A stretch of DNA of 64,000 nt, from the sequence record DRR378314_843, one strand, 5' to 3'. Below, in pieces: positions 1-7,444 of the stretch. A model generated the notes under the pieces. It made no database searches and was not told where the DNA came from. It saw only the letters and a list, made by a program, of their open reading frames with translations. Made by a program: the position numbers and the translations under genes. Each line of letters opens with the position of its first letter. The stretch's first letter is position 1.

Positions 1-128
1 CGGAGCTGGACTACAGGATACCCGGATGGTGAGAGCCAGTCCGGCTTTGGGTGCTGGGAGCGACAGGACAAGACGTGCACATGCCATCAGGCATGGTCGC
101 AACCGGCGGAACGCGCTAAAGCGCGCAG

Positions 129-1319
129 ATGAGCGACGCAAACCAGTTTGACACAATCGTGCTTGGCGCGGGGGCGGCCGGCCTGTTCCATGCGGGCCTG
201 GCCGGCCAGCGCGGGCGGCGCGTGCTGGTGCTGGACCATGCGAAACGCCCCGCTGACAAGGTGCGGATTTCGGGCGGAGGCCGGTGTAACTTCACCAATC
301 TGGAAACCCGCGCAGACCGGTTTCTGGGGCAGAATCTGCATTTTGCGAAATCGGCGCTTGCACGCTACACGCCCTGGGATTTCATCTCTCTCATGGCCGC
401 CCACGGCCTGACCTATACGGAGAAACACAAGGGGCAGCTATTCTGTGACCAGAAATCCGGCGCGATCATCCAGATGTTGCTGGACGAATGCGACAAGGGC
501 AGCGCCGAAATTCGCCTGTCTACGGAGATTTCCGGCGTCACCCACCAGGACGGCCGCTTCCTCGTGGAGACACGCTCTGGCGTGGTGAGCGGGCAGCGCC
601 TGGTCGTCGCCACGGGTGGGCTCTCCATTCCGAAAATGGGCGCGACTGGCCTCGCCTATGAAATTGCCCACCAGTTCGGCCATGACATTGTCGAAACGCG
701 CCCCGGCCTTGTGCCGTTCACGTTTTCGGGTGAGCTGGGCGAGAAATTCGCCGCGATTTCCGGCGTTGCCACGCCTGTCATCGCCTCCGTGCCCGGCGCA
801 CGGTTCGAGGAAGACCTGCTGTTCACCCATCGCGGCCTCTCCGGCCCGGCCGCCCTGCAAACCTCCTCTTACTGGACAAGCGGAGAGCCCCTCTCCCTCT
901 GCCTTCAGACCTCGGAAGACATGAACGCCGCCCTGCGCGCCGCAAAGCAGGACAGCCCGAAACAGAGTTTCGTGAAGGCGCTCGAAGCGCACGTCCCTGC
1001 TCGGCTCGCAGCACTGCTCGCAGAGGTCGGTCCCATCGCACAAGATGCCCGGCTGGCGGATCTTTCCCACGCCGCCATCGACGAGTTCGCAGCTTTCCTG
1101 AAGGATTGGCGCGTCACCCCGATGGGCACCGAAGGATATCGCACCGCCGAAGTCACCGTCGGCGGCATCTCAACCGATGGCCTCAACCAGAAAACAATGG
1201 AAAGCCGGCACGTGCCGGGGCTCTACTTCATTGGCGAATGTGTCGATGTCACTGGCTGGCTTGGGGGGTACAATTTCCAATGGGCCTGGGCAAGCGCCCA
1301 CGCCGCCGCCCTTGCCTGA
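129..1319 (+). CDS. NAD(P)/FAD-dependent oxidoreductase, HI0933/YhiN/BaiN family
   Basis: GAGAAG FAD motif, ISGGGRCNFTN, ATGGLSIPKMGATG, FTHRGLSGPA, GWLGGYNFQWAW. Confidence 0.9.
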   Translation: MSDANQFDTIVLGAGAAGLFHAGLAGQRGRRVLVLDHAKRPADKVRISGGGRCNFTNLETRADRFLGQNLHFAKSALARYTPWDFISLMAAHGLTYTEKHKGQLFCDQKSGAIIQMLLDECDKGSAEIRLSTEISGVTHQDGRFLVETRSGVVSGQRLVVATGGLSIPKMGATGLAYEIAHQFGHDIVETRPGLVPFTFSGELGEKFAAISGVATPVIASVPGARFEEDLLFTHRGLSGPAALQTSSYWTSGEPLSLCLQTSEDMNAALRAAKQDSPKQSFVKALEAHVPARLAALLAEVGPIAQDARLADLSHAAIDEFAAFLKDWRVTPMGTEGYRTAEVTVGGISTDGLNQKTMESRHVPGLYFIGECVDVTGWLGGYNFQWAWASAHAAALA

Positions 1320-2282
1320 TCAGGGTGTCCAGCGCGGACGCGGCAGCAGCCAGTCCCGCTTGCGTTGAGAAACAAGGTCCGGATGGTCCAGCGGAACGGG
1401 CTTGCCGCCAATAGGTGTATCTATTGCCTGCATCGCCTCGGCAAGGCGCTGATGGAACAGGGCATCTGTTTCAACACGTATCGGATACGGATGGTCCAGA
1501 ATCCGGGAATTGTTCGGATTGGTGTTGATCTCGTAGACCTCCACCCGACCTCCAACAAGCGTGAAATCAGCCCGCCCGTATGAAATTCCTGCAGCCTCAA
1601 AATGCTTCTTCAGCGCGTCAGAATAGCGATTGTCCCGAACGGCTTCGTATTCGTCCTGATACAAATCGGCATCCGCCGCCCCTTCCTTGCCAAACTTTGC
1701 ATGCCAGCTCTCATCATGCACCGACATGCCGGTGACAATTTGCCCATCCACACAATAGGCCGCCAGTTTGCGAAACAAGCCGTCCTTGATCGGTTCCGCG
1801 CAATACTCAACAAACATCAGATCTGACTTGCAAAGGCCTGACGCAACTAGACGCTCCAGCGCCATACTGGCCTGCTCTGCATTTCCGAGCAGTTCGGTCT
1901 GCGTTCCGCGATGTGCAGAGCGCGTGCGCAGGAAAACCGGGTATCGGTCAGGCAGAGGGTCGGTTTCGGCATCCCAGACGGCAAAACTGTTCAAGCCCCT
2001 GCGGTTCAAAACCTTCAACAAGGGAAGCCGCGTCAAGGCCGTAGCCGGATCGTTCAGAACCCGAACACCCGCGTCTGACAGGCACCGGAATGCCTTGGCT
2101 GCAAGCTCCCTTTGCCAGAAATCGAGCCGGTCGAAATCCGTGAACACATAAGTTGCTCTGCGCAGGGATTTTGACCGGAACATCTGATTGTACGAGAGCA
2201 AGTCGACCTTCGGCATTCCGGGAACGTCGCGAAGCTCCCTGACCGCATATTTATGCGAACCCGACGTCACAAAACAGATCAT
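1320..2282 (-). CDS. ATP-grasp-fold-like protein, function unknown
   Basis: RVLNDP, YPVFLR, MFVEY and C-terminal YGRADF...VYEINTNP resemble ATP-grasp motifs. ATG at 2282 follows an AGAGGGA SD; the ORF-track start at 2330 is an alternative. Confidence 0.6.
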   Translation of the reverse strand: MICFVTSGSHKYAVRELRDVPGMPKVDLLSYNQMFRSKSLRRATYVFTDFDRLDFWQRELAAKAFRCLSDAGVRVLNDPATALTRLPLLKVLNRRGLNSFAVWDAETDPLPDRYPVFLRTRSAHRGTQTELLGNAEQASMALERLVASGLCKSDLMFVEYCAEPIKDGLFRKLAAYCVDGQIVTGMSVHDESWHAKFGKEGAADADLYQDEYEAVRDNRYSDALKKHFEAAGISYGRADFTLVGGRVEVYEINTNPNNSRILDHPYPIRVETDALFHQRLAEAMQAIDTPIGGKPVPLDHPDLVSQRKRDWLLPRPRWTP

Positions 2283-2304
2283 ACGCGTCCCTCTTGCAAT
2301 CCCC

Positions 2305-3783
2305 CTAGGCGGGCTCGACTGCATCGTCATGATGATCGCGGAACCAGCCTATACCCTCGCGGATTTCACGAACCTGCCCGGCTCCAACCATGAACATGAG
2401 GCCAGTATAAGAAAGTATGCCTGAAATGATCATTACCGCTACGCGTGCAATTTCAGACCAGTGCGTTGGCATATGGAAATTCACCAGAAGCACGATCGCA
2501 ACCATTCCAAGAGAGGCGATAAGCGCGCGCCATCCAATTACAATCTGGCGAATTGCAGAATACCCAGCCGCCTTTTGAACCAACCATGCCGACACCGGCC
2601 ATGTCAGGAATGTACGCAAAGCGATCAAAGTCGCGATCCCTGCAACTCCGTACGGCAAGAGCAAAGGCGCCAGAATTAAGAGAAACAGGATTCCGAGCGA
2701 CAGGATGATCAGGGGAGACCGGCTGTCTCCTACCCCTCTGAGAATGGCGATGTTGAACGTGCCCGTTGCATCCCGAATTCCAAGCACCAGGAAAATCTGC
2801 AACGGTACCACCGCCGCTATCCACTCGTCCCCGATAACGAGCGGAATCAAGAGTGGCGACACAATAGCCAGCCCCAATGTCGCTGGATAAATCACTGCGG
2901 TCGTCATTGCGAATACGCGGTCGAGCAATTCGTGAACTGTCTTCCGACTGGACTGCAGACGCGCAACCACATTCATCGCGATTTCGTTGAACGGCCCCAT
3001 CAGGAGACCTGTCAGGCTTCCGGAGATTGTACCCGCGATAGACAGCAGGCCTACGGCCCGTTCTCCCCCGACGAGGCTCAACAGGAAACGCGGGATGGCA
3101 TCGTCCACATAGCCCAGGAAATAAGTTCCCACCGTATCGCGATTGAACGCGAACAGCTCTCGGAAAGCAGTCACGCTAACCGAAAATCCCGGCCGCCATT
3201 TCGACGCGTAGAAGCACCCTGCGACCGAAATGAGCGTGCCCGCTGCCATGGAAATCACCAGCGACCAAACACCAAAGCCGAGAAGGGCCAAAACGAGAGC
3301 CAAACCCGTCGTCAGAAGTTCAGATGCAGTCTCAATCCAGACCAGTTTGTCGTTCTCAAGCTCTCGCTGCAATAGCGCGCCCGGCACGCCTTCGAGGCTA
3401 CTGAAAAGCATGATCACGCTAAGCGCGGGCAAAACCTCCGCCACCGCTGGCGCACCTATCAGCGCGGAGATTGGCTCTGCGAGCAGGGCAATCACGACTG
3501 CGAAAAGCAAGGTAAGCCCTGAATTCAACCAGAATGTCGTATCAAGGTGTACGTTCGTTATCTCGTCTCTCTGCTGAATGCTTTCGGTAAGGGGGGCCCC
3601 GACGAATACACCCGCAACTCCGAAGACCAACGCGGCCAAGGCCATGATGCCGTAGGGCTCCGGGCCCAGTATTCGCGCCATGACAGCGAACGTTACAAGG
3701 CCAAATACGGCCGAGGCCCAAGAGTGCGCGAACATCCAGACGAGATTTCGAATGGCGCGTCGAATGATTTGAGACGTGCTCAT
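2305..3783 (-). CDS. Wzx/PST-type (MOP superfamily) oligosaccharide flippase-like membrane protein
   Basis: 492 aa with many TM segments; ARILGPEPYG, LGFGVWSLVIS, WRPGFS, LVIGDEWIAAV are typical of polysaccharide biosynthesis/flippase proteins. Confidence 0.85.
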   Translation of the reverse strand: MSTSQIIRRAIRNLVWMFAHSWASAVFGLVTFAVMARILGPEPYGIMALAALVFGVAGVFVGAPLTESIQQRDEITNVHLDTTFWLNSGLTLLFAVVIALLAEPISALIGAPAVAEVLPALSVIMLFSSLEGVPGALLQRELENDKLVWIETASELLTTGLALVLALLGFGVWSLVISMAAGTLISVAGCFYASKWRPGFSVSVTAFRELFAFNRDTVGTYFLGYVDDAIPRFLLSLVGGERAVGLLSIAGTISGSLTGLLMGPFNEIAMNVVARLQSSRKTVHELLDRVFAMTTAVIYPATLGLAIVSPLLIPLVIGDEWIAAVVPLQIFLVLGIRDATGTFNIAILRGVGDSRSPLIILSLGILFLLILAPLLLPYGVAGIATLIALRTFLTWPVSAWLVQKAAGYSAIRQIVIGWRALIASLGMVAIVLLVNFHMPTHWSEIARVAVMIISGILSYTGLMFMVGAGQVREIREGIGWFRDHHDDAVEPA

Positions 3784-3784
3784 G

Positions 3785-4783
3785 TCAGACGGGCTTCAAC
3801 GCCCGGCCCAACCCATCCATGAACCCCGTCATGGCTTCAAGGACAGCCCGGCCCGTTTCTGTCAAACGGCCCTCTCGCTGCACGATCTCTGCCGAGTCTT
3901 GCTGAATCGCGTGAGCTTCCTTGAGAATTTTCTTCAACCGACGGCGTTCCAGCCAGCCAAAGTCGCCCGTCTCAAGCATTTTCCCGATCACCCAGACCAT
4001 TCTTGCCGAGACAAACGACGCATGGAAGATTCCCTCCAGAGGTCGCTCGGTCTTTCTGATTGGCGACCAATATAGCTCCGAGTCCGGATTCTCGACGAGC
4101 ATCTCACGCGTGCAGGCGCCGAACAGAGCGGCATGGCCCTCTTCATGTGCCAATGTGACGATCAAATCAGCAACAGACGCCTTACGCTCTGCGTTGAGTG
4201 CAACCGCGCCCCACAGGCGAAAGCACGTCCCTCCCTCGAATTCGAGCGCACCTTCTGCGGGGCCAACGAGGATAAGTTCGCCAAGCAAGGCGTTCATTTC
4301 ATCATGAAGCTCAGGAACGTGAATCTGGATCCAGTCGATTGCTGCGGATAGCTTTGTTTCGAACTGGGTCGCCAGAACGCGATCTGGCTGGGTTACGCCC
4401 GCTGCACCTGTTTCAGGTGCTCCCATGAAGCGCTCAATCCGGCGTGTGTCAGTCTCTGAATGATCGCGACCAAGCACCGTAATCCGAGTTTTTTCAGGAA
4501 TGTATTCCGATGAGGCAATACGCTTCACTAGTTCAGACGCTGTTGCGATATCCGTCGCCTGCAACGCCTCCACTGCGTCGTAATATGCGCCAAACACCGC
4601 CGCGGGAACTCGCATTCCTGACCTGGCGGATTGTGTCCAATTTTTGAGGTGCCGGGATAGTTCTGGATCCTCGGATTTCAGAACATCCGCAATATGTTCG
4701 AGGCTTTCGAACAAGCCCTCATGCATGACCTGATTGGTTCTGATCGCATCTGCCTTGTGTGGGATAAACCGGAACTGCGCCAT
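3785..4783 (-). CDS. alphaKG-HExxH-type peptide-modifying enzyme (putative Fe/alphaKG beta-hydroxylase)
   Basis: LAHEEGH (HEEGH at 4133-4147), SPIRKTERP (PWRxxxRP-like), LEGIFHA, FEGGT..LWGAVALN. ATG at 4783 has a GGGAG SD. The ORF-track TTG start at 4978 would overlap the peptide gene. Confidence 0.8.
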   Translation of the reverse strand: MAQFRFIPHKADAIRTNQVMHEGLFESLEHIADVLKSEDPELSRHLKNWTQSARSGMRVPAAVFGAYYDAVEALQATDIATASELVKRIASSEYIPEKTRITVLGRDHSETDTRRIERFMGAPETGAAGVTQPDRVLATQFETKLSAAIDWIQIHVPELHDEMNALLGELILVGPAEGALEFEGGTCFRLWGAVALNAERKASVADLIVTLAHEEGHAALFGACTREMLVENPDSELYWSPIRKTERPLEGIFHASFVSARMVWVIGKMLETGDFGWLERRRLKKILKEAHAIQQDSAEIVQREGRLTETGRAVLEAMTGFMDGLGRALKPV

Positions 4784-4818
4784 GCTTGCATCTCCCGTCC
4801 TGCGGATCAGAGTGAGGT

Positions 4819-4846
4819 GTGCACCGCCTGCGAACAGGCAGTGCAC
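4819..4846 (-). promoter_or_regulatory. 12-bp stem/UUCG tetraloop hairpin between the peptide gene and the HExxH gene
   Basis: Minus strand GTGCACTGCCTG-TTCG-CAGGCGGTGCAC (one G-U pair); no U-tract follows. Confidence 0.75.
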
Positions 4847-4865
4847 CAATGTTCGTTCCGGAAAA

Positions 4866-5003
4866 CTACCAAAACTTGAAGAAGAACTTCTTACCGCCGC
4901 GCTTTTTATTGCGACGACCGCCGCCCTTGCAGCCGACCATCGTGTCGTTTTTCTCGTCACGACGATTGCTGAAGCCAAGCAGCATTTCAGTCTTAAGGTT
5001 CAT
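4866..5003 (-). CDS. putative RiPP precursor peptide, 45 aa: MNLKTEMLLGFSNRRDEKNDTMVGCKGGGRRNKKRGGKKFFFKFW
   Basis: Translated by hand: AGGGAG SD, ATG at 5003, TAG at 4866-4868. It is shorter than any ORF listed in the track and lies immediately upstream of the HExxH gene on the same strand. Confidence 0.75.
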   Translation of the reverse strand: MNLKTEMLLGFSNRRDEKNDTMVGCKGGGRRNKKRGGKKFFFKFW

Positions 5004-5226
5004 TTTCTACTCCCTAGAGTCCCACCACCATTGGCGGTGCCAACCATCTTGCAGATTCCATGCAAGTTTCCGATCTGATTCTACTAATTCGCGAATTTCC
5101 ATTCGCGCGACTTCGCCCAACGCACGATTGGGCGAGGAAAATCAAGCGTCGGCAGGGAAATTGCCGAGCCTGGCGTTCGGAAAAGTCGAATACCCTCTAG
5201 GCTTGGATTACTTCCGCAGGCCCAAA

Positions 5227-6168
5227 TCAGGACATGAAAACCCGGCCTGGCTCGAATTGACCGGCCCGAATTTCCCCCAATGCAACCGCCTTGCCCTCGC
5301 ACACCGCGATTGCAGACCGATCTTCAGGGTCTTCTGATTTCTGTCCCCGCCAAGCCTCGATGAGATGCGGGAGCAAAACAATGGAGCGGCCATGTCTAAT
5401 ATGACCGGCTTCCTCGCGCGTGATGTCCACACTTGGCACACCTTCAAGCACAGCATGGATTGGCTGCAGAAAGCCCATCAATGTCTCAGGATCTTCCGTT
5501 TCCTCGATGCGCGACAAGGGTATCGCTGTTGCTGCACCGAACTGTCCGACCCGCGTACGGCGCAGCTGACTGATATGACCTTCGCATTCAAGATCAAACG
5601 CGAGATCCCGTGCCATGGCGCGTACGTAAAAGCCTTTGCCGGACGTGACGTGAATAACGGTATGGTCTGCATCAGGCATACCGATGACATCGGCTGTAAA
5701 GACATCCACTTCGCGTGAGGTCAATTCAAACTCCTCGCCCTCCCGCGCGAGGTCATAGGCGCGTTGGCCGTCTACCTTAATCGCTGAAAACCGCGGCGGA
5801 ACCTGTTCGATTGTGCCAATATAGCCTTTCAGCAATTCTTCGACTTGCTCCCGTGTGGGACGAGCGTCAGACGTTCCCGTGACGTCTCCTTCGGCATCCT
5901 GGCTCTCGGTTGATACGCCCCAGCGAATGGTGAAGACATATTCTTTCCGGGCGTCCATTGCCCACTGCACGGTTTTGGTCGCTTCCCCGAATGCTATCGG
6001 CAAAATGCCATCAGCCAGTGGATCGAGCGTCCCGCCGTGTCCGACTTTTTGGGCGTTGTACTTTTTCTTGAGGATGGCCACCGCTTGGGTGGAGGTGATG
6101 TCGACTGGTTTGAAAAGGTTCAGCCACCCGGTGACCGGGTCGCCTTTGCGTTTTCTTTGACGGGCCAA
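5227..6168 (-). CDS. truB: tRNA pseudouridine(55) synthase
   Basis: KVGHGGTLDPLADG, QVPPRFSAIKVDGQRAYDLAR, SGKGFYVRAMARD; TTG start. Confidence 0.95.
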   Translation of the reverse strand: MARQRKRKGDPVTGWLNLFKPVDITSTQAVAILKKKYNAQKVGHGGTLDPLADGILPIAFGEATKTVQWAMDARKEYVFTIRWGVSTESQDAEGDVTGTSDARPTREQVEELLKGYIGTIEQVPPRFSAIKVDGQRAYDLAREGEEFELTSREVDVFTADVIGMPDADHTVIHVTSGKGFYVRAMARDLAFDLECEGHISQLRRTRVGQFGAATAIPLSRIEETEDPETLMGFLQPIHAVLEGVPSVDITREEAGHIRHGRSIVLLPHLIEAWRGQKSEDPEDRSAIAVCEGKAVALGEIRAGQFEPGRVFMS

Positions 6169-6301
6169 GATACGAAACTTTCAGATTGCGCGGCCCGGCG
6201 GTTCGAACGCGGGCGGCGGAGAGAGATTGAGATTAAGGCGGGGCCATACGAAGCGGGGTCAAACGCGTCAAGGCGAGAGGGTCAGCCCGAAATGTCGCGG
6301 A

Positions 6302-6952
6302 TCAGGTCACGCTGCGCAGATCACCTGATGGCTCGTCAAACAGAACTTCAGCTTCAGCCTTTGACGAGCCTTCCATCTCTTCTGACGACGGCACCTCGGA
6401 GGTAAGCTCGCGCGTCTCGTTTGGCTTGCTGATGTTCACGAGATCCAGGTCCAGATCGAAATCGCCTTGAACCTCCCGGTCACCGGAATCCATCTTGTGT
6501 CGCACAATGTCGCGAATGCGCAGCAGTACAGCGCGATTGTCATCCACCAAGGGAATCTGTCGCCCATCGGATGCGCCAATCACGAGCCGATAGTACGGCT
6601 GCCGCTTCTTCATCCGGCGCGCGAACATTGCAGCGCGAACCCCGAGGATCACCGCAAGCAGGGTCAGCACGCATCCGACGATCAGCGCGATCATGCTGGA
6701 GCCGCTACCGGGAAACAAACCTCCCCATGCAAGCGCGAGCAGACCAAAGAACAGGCTGATCACAAAGAACGACGCGTAGAGACTCTTCGTGCGCCGGTTC
6801 GTTTCCGTATCCCAAGGCGCAAATTCCATAGATTCCACAGACATCGTCGCGATGCGCTGAATAGCAATCGTATCATCGCCGAGCTGTAGAGATGCTGGCG
6901 TGATTTCACCACGCCGCGCGCCTTCCATGTCCAAGGTCTGACGGTCCATCAC
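6302..6952 (-). CDS. two-TM hypothetical membrane protein (DUF6232-like)
   Basis: Two hydrophobic helices followed by YRLVIGASDG; acidic tail. Confidence 0.6.
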   Translation of the reverse strand: MMDRQTLDMEGARRGEITPASLQLGDDTIAIQRIATMSVESMEFAPWDTETNRRTKSLYASFFVISLFFGLLALAWGGLFPGSGSSMIALIVGCVLTLLAVILGVRAAMFARRMKKRQPYYRLVIGASDGRQIPLVDDNRAVLLRIRDIVRHKMDSGDREVQGDFDLDLDLVNISKPNETRELTSEVPSSEEMEGSSKAEAEVLFDEPSGDLRSVT

Positions 6953-7039
6953 GCTTGCCCTTGATTAAGCTCAGAAAACGCTCGCAGCACGTGCTGAGTG
7001 AGTCAACTTACAACCTGTCCAGAGGCGTAGATTCGACTG

Positions 7040-7444
7040 TTATTCCGGATCGAGATCGCGCCTTACGCGAGGATCTGCCAGCAAGCGGTCGATTGCGGTG
7101 GCCTCATCGTAGGATTTGTCTGCGATGAAATGCAGTTGAGGCGTGAACTTCATGTCAATCTCGCGGCCGAGGCGCCCGCGCAAGAAACCCGCTGCGCGAT
7201 TCAGGGCTTCGGCCAGTTTGCCGCGCCCGGCTTCACTATCATCACCCAGTGGGGAAACGAAAATATTGGCATGGCGCAAATCAGGAGAACATCGCACCTC
7301 CCCGACCGTCACGATGACGCCGACAAGATCCGGATCACGCAAGTCTTCCCGCGCTAGGATATCCGACACGGCATGCCGGATCAGTTCGCCTGCACGCAAT
7401 TGGCGTTGACTGGGAAGTCCAGGAGCATTTGTTTTACGTGCCAT
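7040..7444 (-). CDS. rbfA: 30S ribosome-binding factor A
   Basis: QRQLRAGELIRHA, VRCSPDLRHA, KFTPQLHFIAD. Confidence 0.95.
   Translation of the reverse strand: MARKTNAPGLPSQRQLRAGELIRHAVSDILAREDLRDPDLVGVIVTVGEVRCSPDLRHANIFVSPLGDDSEAGRGKLAEALNRAAGFLRGRLGREIDMKFTPQLHFIADKSYDEATAIDRLLADPRVRRDLDPE

Noticed and set aside
1-128. Possible structured leader (for example of rpsO) on the minus strand at the window edge
   Set aside because: Short complementary segments are present, but the downstream gene is outside the window and I could not match a known motif.
4890-4930. Double-glycine cleavage assignment for the peptide (bacteriocin type)
   Set aside because: GG motifs exist, but there is no C39 peptidase/ABC exporter nearby and no typical double-glycine leader, so the cleavage site cannot be called.
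4784-4978. 65-aa N-terminal extension of the HExxH ORF from the TTG at 4978
   Set aside because: It has no SD, reads as low-complexity sequence, and runs through the hairpin and the peptide ORF. The ATG at 4783 has a GGGAG SD.
5027-5043. Possible sigma54 promoter TTGGCACCGCCAATGG upstream of the peptide gene
   Set aside because: The -24 element matches, but the -12 reads ATGG rather than TTGC.
4734-5337. Plus-strand ORFs 4734-5078 and 4819-5337, and minus-strand ORF 5084-5302
   Set aside because: No recognisable motifs or RBS. They overlap better-supported features.
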